From assembly GCA_000002435.2 (NCBI GenBank), contig CM018791.1: DNA of 64,000 bases; one strand, 5' to 3'. The notes below the pieces were generated by a model. That model saw only the letters and a list, made by a program, of their open reading frames with translations. It made no database searches and was not told where the DNA came from. The position numbers and the translations under genes are program-made. This DNA comes from Giardia intestinalis. Lineage: Eukaryota. Positions within the stretch are counted from its first letter, which is position 1, and each line of letters opens with the position of its first letter. Positions 19,241-28,338 of the stretch are shown piece after piece.

Positions 19241-22200
19241 ATGTACACACAGAGGTCATTGCACAAAAGGTATGTTGTACTTGTGAATGCCATACTCTCT
19301 TCACCACAGCCTTGGAGCATACGGCGGCGAGCTACAGCTCTTTTATGGGAATATCGCCTGGGGTTTAAACGTACAAGAAACATGCTTCTTCAGTTCATGC
19401 ATCATCTGGGCTCGGTTCAGGATAACACTGACACACTTTTGAATATTTTTGTCGCTACCAAGTTTATTGGACATCCAGCCCTTTCACAACTATCTGATCT
19501 GGTAAAGAGGTTGTTTCTGAAGTCTAATAGAGAGGATTGGTCTGCTATAGAATCGGCCGTGCTTACTCTTCTATTACTATCACTCTATCAAGGACAGGAT
19601 TCAAAATCATGCAATTCTCCTACATCGATCTGTACCCTTCAACCTCATAGAGACACTCCTTCTTTACTTACATCCATTTTAGGAAATTATCAAAGCCCCA
19701 ATCAGCAACTGCTCAAGAAGCACTTCTCAGCTATTAGCAAAAGCATGTCGGTTCTGAATCCTTGCACACAGAATGACTCTCTTTGTATTTCAAGGAAAGC
19801 TTCTGGTTCGACTGGAGAATTACTATGCTTTAGCTTTCAGCCGGCAGCTTTCACTGGGAATACTACTTCACGGCGTTCTACCGCAGTCTCAATTCTTCAA
19901 AGTCGTGGGGAAGGTCTTCGAGAAGCTGTGTTAAGCTCACCACATAACCCTAAGGGAGAAGTGCTCCTTTTAGGTCAGATAACGTGCTTCGATGATCTTC
20001 TGACGCTTATAAAGGGTTTGAATACACACCAGCAGTTTGCAATCTATAATAACCTGTCTCTATCTTTAGAGACACGAAAACTTGCAAAACTTTGGGTTCA
20101 GCCAAACCTCTATCTCATGTCTTGGGAGGCCCTTGTTGATCGCTTTGTTGACCAGTACTTTGGAATAGAGATTGCCCACGAGGTTGCCAATAGGCTTACT
20201 GATAAAGTTCTTTTTGACCTTTATCTTGCAAATCAGGTTGTCTGCAGTCAGAGTGCGATCGAGGGAGACACAAGAGCTAGTTCCGCCTTCCTTATCCAAC
20301 TGCAAGAGTTGGAAACAGTGCATTCTGTAGTACATGGGTACAAGAACCATCTTAGACACTGCATTTTGCATGAAAGGTTTTCTCATTCTGTCGAGCTGTT
20401 AGATGTATGTGTCATGCGTGGATCTGTCTTTGCAAGACAGCAATCTAGGAAGATGTTGCCAACTTTCTACACCCTGGTCTCAGAGGGGATTCTGAAGAAG
20501 ATGCAGCAACTAATCATTACAGAAACATACAGAATGTACGCGGGTAGTTGTAGTCAGCGATCACAAGGTGGGTCCCCAGAGATAGAATTGGGCATTGGAG
20601 GAGGGATTCCCATTATTAAAAGGTGTCTCTTTTATGAATTTGAGAACATTGGGCCCCTATCCTGCAACTCTGCCTTGGCAGCTTTGTTCCAAAAAAGATG
20701 GGAACTTCCTGAGCCAATGGCATTAATTGAAGAGCTGCTCCGACCTATCCCACGCATCTGGCTGCCTTTCTCACTTAAAGAATATGCAGGGACTATCATC
20801 GAACTTTTCAATTTAGGATCTCTTTTGTCGGCAACCAGAGAACATTATCCGCTCCTGCTTAGGACTCTTTTTTTGTACACTAGTACCGTTACTGGAGCCA
20901 TGACTCACCACACAACATCATCGAGCACGGATTGTGTAGAAACTCTTCTATTTTCATCTGACTATGAGTTCTACAAACCTAAGGATACGCATACCTCGAA
21001 ACTTAGTGCTAAAAGCCAAGGATTGGCCCATCAGCTCATTCAGGAGAGCATCGGGTCATATATTTCACATACAGCAAGCTTTCTTGAGCAGGAGCAAATC
21101 CGTAGAAGCGTTGCTAATCAGCTCGAAGAACAAACCGGAAAGCTTAGCAAGAGCGTGACCTTGTCCGCAATAAGTAGAGACAATCAGGCTAATATCCAAG
21201 ACGAGGCACTTCTTCCCGGTGCCGTTGCATCCAAAAGGGAGATTGCAGCAGTTCTAAACGATCTTAAGTCCTACTTCGTAACAGAAATGAGCAAGCTTGG
21301 ACTGGATGTCAAAAAGGATGAAGTTGTAGACGGTTTGAATCGCCAATTTAAACTATTATTGGCCAAACAAGCCCCTAGCTATGCAGACCTTTTTGAAGAA
21401 ATGGAGACAAAGCAAAATCTAGAAGAATTGAAAAGCGAGGAGCTGATCCCACGAGCTTCATTGCAGGACTCTGGTGCGGTAGAGGAAAATATATCTAATC
21501 TCAAGGCACCAGAATTCTTTGTCGATAAGAAAATACCAGGAAACGCCGCAGCACCATTCGATAAAAGTTTAGATACACAGAAGCTCCTCGGTGAAGAAGA
21601 CCTGCTAGCTCGTAAGAAGATGGAGGAGAGAATTGAAAAGGCAAAGCAGCGAGATGAAGTGCATAAGGCTGCTGTAGAAAGAGATAAGACTCTGCCTCTT
21701 CGAAAACGGAAGTTTAAGACAGCAAAGGAGATCATAGAGAATACAGAGTATGAAGGTGTTGGTGTTTTCTTCGACTGGGACGAGTATCTTCATGATAAGT
21801 TCCCAACACTAGTAGATTCTCTGCATAAATCTCATGCCCTTGCAAGCACTGACTCTCAAAACGAATTTCTTATTTCGCCAATCCATCGGCAAGATGATAT
21901 AGACAAGGGCTGGTGTCATTTTTCTAGAGAAAAGCATGATACAGAGCTTTTTCTATCCTACTCTGACGTTAATTACAGACAGCTGATCTCTCAATACATG
22001 GGACCAATCCAGCTTCTCCACCAATTAACAAACAAGATAGTGTGCAACTACCTTCTGTATGAGTCAAACCTCTTTTCGTGCATAGATACCGTGGGTGAGG
22101 TATGCTTCCTTTTAGATAGCAATTTGACCAATAGACTACTGTCTACGTTCTTCAAACACGGAAGTAGTACATGGATTTTTGACGGATCGTTTCAGGAGCA

Positions 22201-23323
22201 GCGGGTGCTCTCTGTGCTGTCTCGTCATGACCTACGCGGTGTAGCAGAGTTAACCATACTTACTGGGTCACTGAGCTCCGCTGATGTTCCTGGTCACAGC
22301 AGAATTTCAGCAGAAGACGATCTGCCCCAGCAAGGACGGGAGGCGATTGACTCTATTATTTCCATGAACAGGACACTAAACTCAGATTTATCTACGACGC
22401 TTGAAGGTCAATTATCAGATCTGTATACATCTGTCTGTCTTCTATGCAATCCTCACTCTAACTCGTCTCTCCCCATTCATAGTATTATATCAGCCCGAGA
22501 TATTGCCAACGTCCTGCAGTTATACAGTCCAAAGCGTCCTGGATCCGCATCTCGCAAAGACAATGGTGTACTTGATCATCTTCTGATCAAAGAAAACGAG
22601 CGACGCATATCTCAATCTTACAGCTCCAACACTAACTTTACTATGCTTCTAGATTTTTCTACTAGCAACGCATTGTTCCACCAATTGTACTATGCGCCTC
22701 TTGAGCCTCTCATCCTTGTGGTTTTTAAACACATCCTTACATTGTCGCAAAGCCTATATTCATTGCATGGGCTTTGGTTTCTCCTGGTGGTTAGCGATAA
22801 AGATCACAAAAGATACTCCGCATTGGAAAGACGCACACGTAAGTTACTAGTTATTCGTCACAGTGCATGTTGCTTCTTACAAGTCTTCCTCCGCTTTTTG
22901 CTTGGAGATGTACATTTGACTCTGGAAAACGCAAAGCAGTGCATTTACAAAACTCTGGAGACAGGGACAAACGTACTCAGGTCTGTAGATCAGTGGCACA
23001 CTCTGATTGCCATTACGTTGGCGCGCCTTTTTCTGACTGGTCCCCATCGAACCATTTTTGCAGCCATAAAGGAGATGCAGTGCCATGTCCTGCGGTTTTG
23101 CAACGAAGTGTGTGCTTACATAGAGTTTAGCAAGGCAGCGCCCGGGGTAGTATTCAATTATGAGGAGAAACTGACCGAAGTCTTTTGGCGAGCATCAAAT
23201 GCTGGCCTGGACCTGCAGCATGCAATAGATGAGATTGTAGCATGCTTGGTCCATTACGTAGAAAAGCTTGGGGTGACACGCTATGAGGAGGTCCTGGCTC
23301 AGTTTTCTTTACTAAGTAAATAG
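19241..23323 (+). CDS. Hypothetical 1360-aa protein with a central charged coiled-coil segment
   Basis: Uninterrupted ORF from the ATG at 19241. Lys/Glu-rich helical region around aa 700-800. No recognised catalytic motif. Confidence 0.6.
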   Translation: MYTQRSLHKRYVVLVNAILSSPQPWSIRRRATALLWEYRLGFKRTRNMLLQFMHHLGSVQDNTDTLLNIFVATKFIGHPALSQLSDLVKRLFLKSNREDWSAIESAVLTLLLLSLYQGQDSKSCNSPTSICTLQPHRDTPSLLTSILGNYQSPNQQLLKKHFSAISKSMSVLNPCTQNDSLCISRKASGSTGELLCFSFQPAAFTGNTTSRRSTAVSILQSRGEGLREAVLSSPHNPKGEVLLLGQITCFDDLLTLIKGLNTHQQFAIYNNLSLSLETRKLAKLWVQPNLYLMSWEALVDRFVDQYFGIEIAHEVANRLTDKVLFDLYLANQVVCSQSAIEGDTRASSAFLIQLQELETVHSVVHGYKNHLRHCILHERFSHSVELLDVCVMRGSVFARQQSRKMLPTFYTLVSEGILKKMQQLIITETYRMYAGSCSQRSQGGSPEIELGIGGGIPIIKRCLFYEFENIGPLSCNSALAALFQKRWELPEPMALIEELLRPIPRIWLPFSLKEYAGTIIELFNLGSLLSATREHYPLLLRTLFLYTSTVTGAMTHHTTSSSTDCVETLLFSSDYEFYKPKDTHTSKLSAKSQGLAHQLIQESIGSYISHTASFLEQEQIRRSVANQLEEQTGKLSKSVTLSAISRDNQANIQDEALLPGAVASKREIAAVLNDLKSYFVTEMSKLGLDVKKDEVVDGLNRQFKLLLAKQAPSYADLFEEMETKQNLEELKSEELIPRASLQDSGAVEENISNLKAPEFFVDKKIPGNAAAPFDKSLDTQKLLGEEDLLARKKMEERIEKAKQRDEVHKAAVERDKTLPLRKRKFKTAKEIIENTEYEGVGVFFDWDEYLHDKFPTLVDSLHKSHALASTDSQNEFLISPIHRQDDIDKGWCHFSREKHDTELFLSYSDVNYRQLISQYMGPIQLLHQLTNKIVCNYLLYESNLFSCIDTVGEVCFLLDSNLTNRLLSTFFKHGSSTWIFDGSFQEQRVLSVLSRHDLRGVAELTILTGSLSSADVPGHSRISAEDDLPQQGREAIDSIISMNRTLNSDLSTTLEGQLSDLYTSVCLLCNPHSNSSLPIHSIISARDIANVLQLYSPKRPGSASRKDNGVLDHLLIKENERRISQSYSSNTNFTMLLDFSTSNALFHQLYYAPLEPLILVVFKHILTLSQSLYSLHGLWFLLVVSDKDHKRYSALERRTRKLLVIRHSACCFLQVFLRFLLGDVHLTLENAKQCIYKTLETGTNVLRSVDQWHTLIAITLARLFLTGPHRTIFAAIKEMQCHVLRFCNEVCAYIEFSKAAPGVVFNYEEKLTEVFWRASNAGLDLQHAIDEIVACLVHYVEKLGVTRYEEVLAQFSLLSK
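23315..23321 (+). promoter_or_regulatory. Putative polyadenylation signal AGTAAAT fused to the stop codon (AGTAAATAG)
   Basis: ctaAGTAAATAGtgg at the end of the 19241..23323 gene. Confidence 0.4.
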
Positions 23324-23329
23324 TGGGGC

Positions 23330-23339
23330 CTCCCCAAAA
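23330..23339 (+). promoter_or_regulatory. A-rich initiator (CCCCAAAAA) directly upstream of the ATG at 23340
   Basis: tccccaaaaaATGAATTTG. Only 16 nt separate this gene from the upstream stop. Confidence 0.35.
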
Positions 23340-25040
23340 ATGAATTTGAAGGCTGCCAAGCAGCTTTTGAAGAATATCCAGGAGAAGGACGCGCTCGATT
23401 CTTGTAACAACTTCCTCGCTGCAAAGACCCAACTAGAGTATACAGAAGCTGCAAAAACCTACAAGGAGTACTTGGCCACAGATTACCGTTCATTGGATAA
23501 GCAAGCAACTGAGTTAATTCTGACCTTAGGAGTTCATGAGCCAGGCAAGGAAGCAGACCTGACTGCTGATCTCGTCTTGAAGGGCCTTGCAAAGCTTTCC
23601 AAGGAAGAGCGTGCCCTTCAAGCTGAGCTGGTATCACTTGTGGGTGGATACAGAACTGCGGCGACAGAACAAAAACTTACGACGCTCCTACAGATCAAGG
23701 ATAGGCCATCTAATATGTTCTATCCGTCTAGAGCCTTGTCTGGGGCTGAGTATCATGCATATGATATGAATCTCCTCAAGGTCTCTTGCGAAGCAGAAGG
23801 TCTCATAGGTCTGATTTTAGACAGCTCTAGCAAGATTACTATGTGTCCAGCAACGCTTAGCAAAGTGCTGTACATCAATTTGAATGATAGGAATGCAGTT
23901 CCACCAAAGATCTCGCCTTCGTCTTATTATTATGCGGCATTTGTGCGTCCATTTGGCGTCTACTTGGCTCGAAAATCAGCAAGCACCAACATTCAAGGCT
24001 TAAAGATGGCTTATTCGGCAGTGAAGAGGGTGTTCAGTACGTGGGTGGATCCCATCAAAAGAACGCTGCTATCGGTTAAGAGTAAGGTTCCTGATCAGCT
24101 GTCTTCTATTCAAGGGGCTATACAATCAGTTGACACATATCTATCTCTTATGGGTACTATTGGGTTGCGTTTTAGCCACTTGAAGACCACGCTTCATGAT
24201 ACTGCGGAGCTACTACAGGTAACAGAACAAGCAGATGAGCAGCTTCGGTACAATTTTGATACTTACTTAGACCGTGCCCTTGAACTGTACGAGCGCAGCA
24301 AAGCGCAAGTCGACTCTGTGAAGAGGGCCTCCAATCAACTTGCTGATGTAGAAAATACGGATCCTGATTCACAGGACACAGAGGCACACGGAGATGCTGT
24401 GATTCTAAAGGTGGCCAAAGATGTTAAAAAAGCCAAGCAGATTGCTCAATTCAAGGCACAAAAAGAAGCTGTACTTGATGCTCAGAATCGTACTGCAAGT
24501 GTGTCTGATAAATTACAGCAGGGAGCTATGCATGACATGGCGTCATACAGAGCTGGGATAATAGAGCTGCGGCAGAAGCTGCTCGAGCAGGAAAAGAAAA
24601 GACAAGCAGAGCTTCTTTTGCAATACGAGCGTGAGGAGAGAAAGCGTAGAGAAGCTGCAGAGGCCGATGCAGCTGCCGTTAGACCGCATGTCGAACGTAG
24701 CAAGGAGCGCGTCCTTGCACCAACAGAGGCTCTTCTGCGCAAACAAGCGGCAAATAGAGCTCGTGCACAGCTTCTGGCCAACGAAGGCGCAAGTAGGCTC
24801 TTTCAAACAGATCTCGCCATAGACGGAGAATTGGTTACAATGGCAGGCAAGAATGGAATTGTCAGGGATAACCAGGAAAATGCGATCTCCACCATAGCTT
24901 CTGAGCTCATGGCGCAGTACGGGATCTTGGGAACGCAGTACGCCCGCGATGCTCTGGCAGAGCTTCGTAGCCAGGAACTTGCTGCTAGGTTCCATCACTA
25001 CAGCATCCGCGATAGCGTTGCGAGTCTCTTTGGCAACTGA
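23340..25040 (+). CDS. Coiled-coil protein (566 aa), function unknown
   Basis: ORF with ATG start. The C-terminal third is highly charged heptad-like sequence (QKLLEQEKKRQAELLLQYEREERKRREAAEADAAA). Confidence 0.6.
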   Translation: MNLKAAKQLLKNIQEKDALDSCNNFLAAKTQLEYTEAAKTYKEYLATDYRSLDKQATELILTLGVHEPGKEADLTADLVLKGLAKLSKEERALQAELVSLVGGYRTAATEQKLTTLLQIKDRPSNMFYPSRALSGAEYHAYDMNLLKVSCEAEGLIGLILDSSSKITMCPATLSKVLYINLNDRNAVPPKISPSSYYYAAFVRPFGVYLARKSASTNIQGLKMAYSAVKRVFSTWVDPIKRTLLSVKSKVPDQLSSIQGAIQSVDTYLSLMGTIGLRFSHLKTTLHDTAELLQVTEQADEQLRYNFDTYLDRALELYERSKAQVDSVKRASNQLADVENTDPDSQDTEAHGDAVILKVAKDVKKAKQIAQFKAQKEAVLDAQNRTASVSDKLQQGAMHDMASYRAGIIELRQKLLEQEKKRQAELLLQYEREERKRREAAEADAAAVRPHVERSKERVLAPTEALLRKQAANRARAQLLANEGASRLFQTDLAIDGELVTMAGKNGIVRDNQENAISTIASELMAQYGILGTQYARDALAELRSQELAARFHHYSIRDSVASLFGN

Positions 25041-25069
25041 AACGTTTACATAAATAATCCCCAGCTACT

Positions 25070-27616
25070 TTACTGTGTGGTGATTGTGATGGGGTCATGG
25101 AGTTTAATATTCTCGGCCTTTGCATTAACCTCGCTGTTATAGTTGTTGGTGCGCGTCACGGAATCTTCTAACAGCTTCTTGGCCCTTGCACTGCAGTCGT
25201 CGATCTTCTTCATGACTTGGTCGATAGCTGTCGAGAGCTCGTGCATCTTCTCCGTTGTCGTGTTAATGACCAGGTCCATCTTCTCGTACTCATTGACAGG
25301 GGTCTTCTTTACGGAGCGGAACGAGGAGAGGATGTCGGAGTGCTGTGATATGATGGTCTGCTGAACCCCAACATCGTTGAGAAAGACCTCAAGAACTTCG
25401 CACATCTTAGAGACATCGGCAACCATCTCCTTGTACGCTGTCTTCACGCGTTCCTGGGCCCTCACAAGCGCTACTTTGCTATCCTTGGTTTCAGCCTTGT
25501 TGTAAATACTAGCCTCGTCCTCATCCAGGTCTATAAGCGTGCAGTTGTACTTGCCGAGGAGGAGCTCGTATGCTTGGGCTGCTAGACTGTATGCATATGT
25601 CACGAATTTTGGATGTGGCTGTTCAGCTGCATAGGCCTTCAAAAGTAGAGGTAGGGAGGTCGCCTTGCGTGCAAAAGACAGAGACTCGTAATCAACGTTT
25701 CCATTGTCTTCCACGTTATCTTCTGGCAGAAGCACGTCGATCTCAGGAAGGCGCATCTTATAGCCGAGAATCTGCTCGAACTTCCCAGACTCCCCCTCGA
25801 ATTTCTCGGCAGTAAATTCATCCTTGATCTTAACACACGTAAGTCCTATATCCTTGAAGGTCATCTCTAGGTCCTTGCATGACTTGAGAAAGACAACTAG
25901 AATTCCCTGGAAGTCATGCGAATTCCAGTATTTGGATGTGTACTTCTTAGTACGCTCCTGATCTGAGGTCTGAAGTGACGTTGTATTCTGAATTGCTGTT
26001 TTAAGATTTTGGTACGCTAGCGGGAACTTTCCTGTCTGAGCGACGGCCTCTGAAAACTCCTTGTATTTCTGCTTGAACTCCTCCGTGTCCTTTTTAAAAA
26101 CAGTGAGGCGAGAGAGAAGCTTTGCTGCTCTCGGGTTGTCGGTTGAAACGACGGCTTCCTCAATAGGATCCAGGGGGCACGGAAGGTGATTTGCAAAAAC
26201 GTTGTGCACAAGGAAGAAGCACTTTTTGACCTCCTTATTCGTTTCTGCTGCGCATATTGTTGCACAGGTTTTCGCCAAGGCAAGATTCCGCTCTGAGACA
26301 GTGGATCTCTGTTTCTTTTCTGTAGCAATAAGCTCATCTAAGTACTCCGCCAGTTTGGCATATGTCGCTGGAGCATCAGATGGGAGATCCTCATGAATGA
26401 GAGCACGAAACGCGGATCCGAGCTCAGTATTGCCGATCTTTGGCAAATCTCTTCCCACTTTAGAATATGTTTCCAGAACCAGCTTACGCTTCTCAGAAGA
26501 TAGATCAATAAGGGCGTCTGGCATCGCGGGCTTTAGACCAGTGCATGCAGAGCTGATTGCATCCAAGTACTTTGAAATCTGGCTGATCAAATCCTCCAGG
26601 GCGTGCTTCATCCCATACTTCTTGTAAGGGTCTGACAGAGGAGCCTTTTCCAGCTCCCTACAACTAGCTTGGGCCATATCCTTCGCCTCTGTGAACGCGT
26701 CCAGAGCCTCCTTGTACTTGGCATCTGTTCGCATGCAGAGGCCCACATAGTAGTAGGCAAAGGAGTAGTAGTAGGCGCGTTTATACACAACTAGCGCAAT
26801 TACAACCGGCTCAAGCACCTTCTTCAATTCTTTGTGAGCATCCAACAGGTGATCGGCCACCTTGTAGTAATGAACGGCTGCTCGCGATAGAGAACAGATG
26901 GTGGCAAACAGTGCTTGGTTCCCTATGCGTGTAAGCGTTCTCAAGGCATCGGGAATCTTGGCTCTCAATACAGACTCGAAAGCCATTCCAGTGTAGAGGT
27001 TCTCTAGGACCTCGAAGAAGCTGACAGTGTACTCTAGATCCATGAGATTGTGAATGGCCTGAGGAAGACTTCCGATAAACTTGGCTGCACTCTTGAAATA
27101 GTAGGCTGCACGCAAGAAGTGAGAGCGTCGAGACGCACACTGCTCTGTGTACTCGCTTGTAGCATGGTCGGACACCTGCATAGTCACCGCCTGGACCCCG
27201 AGAGTCACCTCATAAGCACCCATGTTGTAAAGAGCATTGAGGACATCCACATGGGCACACGGACCGCCAGAGGCAGACTTCTTCATGCCCACCGTGGACC
27301 AAGTAATAGGCATATTGGTTACCTTCTTGGACAGGGCTGGAGCCGTCCAGGCGACATTCATGGCCGGGATATAGGCCGCTGCATACAGCTCAAAGCAACG
27401 ATCAATAAATCCTCCAGTAGCTGGAGAGAGCCCTCCCGCGGAAAAGAACTTGCGAAGACGTTCTATCTCCGTCACAGAATCTATAATGGCCTGCACGTTG
27501 GATGAGCCCCTCTGCTTTGCGAGATCTAGCAAAGTAGTGTATATGCCGGATTCAGACCCCGTCTGCCGCACGCTTATGGTCGGATAGACGCTGTCAGAAA
27601 AAGCTACACCTAGCAT
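25070..27616 (-). CDS. Hypothetical 848-aa helical protein
   Basis: Long ORF. Tyr-rich helical block VVYKRAYYYSFAYYYVGLCMRTDAKYKEALDAFTEAKD. A BRO1-like fold is conceivable, but I cannot support it from motifs. Confidence 0.55.
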   Translation of the reverse strand: MLGVAFSDSVYPTISVRQTGSESGIYTTLLDLAKQRGSSNVQAIIDSVTEIERLRKFFSAGGLSPATGGFIDRCFELYAAAYIPAMNVAWTAPALSKKVTNMPITWSTVGMKKSASGGPCAHVDVLNALYNMGAYEVTLGVQAVTMQVSDHATSEYTEQCASRRSHFLRAAYYFKSAAKFIGSLPQAIHNLMDLEYTVSFFEVLENLYTGMAFESVLRAKIPDALRTLTRIGNQALFATICSLSRAAVHYYKVADHLLDAHKELKKVLEPVVIALVVYKRAYYYSFAYYYVGLCMRTDAKYKEALDAFTEAKDMAQASCRELEKAPLSDPYKKYGMKHALEDLISQISKYLDAISSACTGLKPAMPDALIDLSSEKRKLVLETYSKVGRDLPKIGNTELGSAFRALIHEDLPSDAPATYAKLAEYLDELIATEKKQRSTVSERNLALAKTCATICAAETNKEVKKCFFLVHNVFANHLPCPLDPIEEAVVSTDNPRAAKLLSRLTVFKKDTEEFKQKYKEFSEAVAQTGKFPLAYQNLKTAIQNTTSLQTSDQERTKKYTSKYWNSHDFQGILVVFLKSCKDLEMTFKDIGLTCVKIKDEFTAEKFEGESGKFEQILGYKMRLPEIDVLLPEDNVEDNGNVDYESLSFARKATSLPLLLKAYAAEQPHPKFVTYAYSLAAQAYELLLGKYNCTLIDLDEDEASIYNKAETKDSKVALVRAQERVKTAYKEMVADVSKMCEVLEVFLNDVGVQQTIISQHSDILSSFRSVKKTPVNEYEKMDLVINTTTEKMHELSTAIDQVMKKIDDCSARAKKLLEDSVTRTNNYNSEVNAKAENIKLHDPITITTQ

Positions 27617-27678
27617 TTTTAAAACCAGTGAGCTCTATGTGATTGTGGTATTCAAAGGTGTTTACAAAAGTGTTTAGA

Positions 27679-28329
27679 CTAGTAGTCCAGACCCCCATCT
27701 TCCCAAGGCTCGTCGTCTAGGATACTCTCATCTGCTAATTGCATCTCCGGACAATTAAACAGCAGGTCCGTAAAATTATCGTCGAGGTCGTCAGGTTTCG
27801 CTTCATCCATGGCCATCATCCACCAGCACGTCCCCACAATGAGTATGACAAGAAGTACGACAGTCCAGATGGTTAAGTTGCGGTTCATTTGCGATGCATG
27901 AGTTAGTCTTGGAAGAACAAATGTGATTGTGTTGTCACTTACACAGGTATTGTCTGGTGGAGACATTGTCTTGACGTAATGAAGAAGGTAATCCGAGCGA
28001 AACCCTCCTACAATACCTATCGTCGAAAATGATCGACACTTGCTCGTTCCTAGATTCTGAACTAAGGAATTTGCTGCGTATGAGCCCAAGTCGAGGAAGC
28101 GCAGGCACGAACTCATCTTGAAGTAGTTTGATCTGTTAACTGTAGAGAGGAGATCGCCATCAGATGGCAGCCCAGCGGCCTCCATAACCGCGTGTGTCAA
28201 GAGAGACCGGTTAAAAACCTGTTCTTGTGCAATGTTAAGGATCTCTGATGGATCGCATATGGATACCTTTGCTTTAGATGCTTCTCCAATAGCGAGGAAG
28301 AGAAAGAGAATACCGAGGGTAGCTGACAT
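27679..28329 (-). CDS. Small type-I membrane protein (signal peptide, luminal domain, one TM, acidic cytosolic tail)
   Basis: N-terminal MSATLGILFLFLAIGEA signal-like segment. C-terminal TM IWTVVLLVILIVGTCWWMMAM followed by an Asp/Glu-rich tail ending DY. The ATG lies 9 nt downstream of the NEK stop. Confidence 0.5.
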   Translation of the reverse strand: MSATLGILFLFLAIGEASKAKVSICDPSEILNIAQEQVFNRSLLTHAVMEAAGLPSDGDLLSTVNRSNYFKMSSCLRFLDLGSYAANSLVQNLGTSKCRSFSTIGIVGGFRSDYLLHYVKTMSPPDNTCVSDNTITFVLPRLTHASQMNRNLTIWTVVLLVILIVGTCWWMMAMDEAKPDDLDDNFTDLLFNCPEMQLADESILDDEPWEDGGLDY

Positions 28330-28338
28330 TTGTATCGT

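Noticed and set aside
19269-19308. GTATGTT ... CACCACAG resembling Giardia 5' and 3' splice signals near the start of the 1360-aa gene
   Set aside because: The candidate 40-nt intron is not a multiple of 3. Removing it runs into a stop codon, while the unspliced frame is open for 1360 aa. The 3' motif also deviates from ACTAACACACAG.
25070-27616. Assignment of the 848-aa protein as a BRO1/ALIX-domain protein
   Set aside because: There is only a vague resemblance of one Tyr-rich helical block. No diagnostic motif could be aligned with confidence, so it is left as hypothetical.
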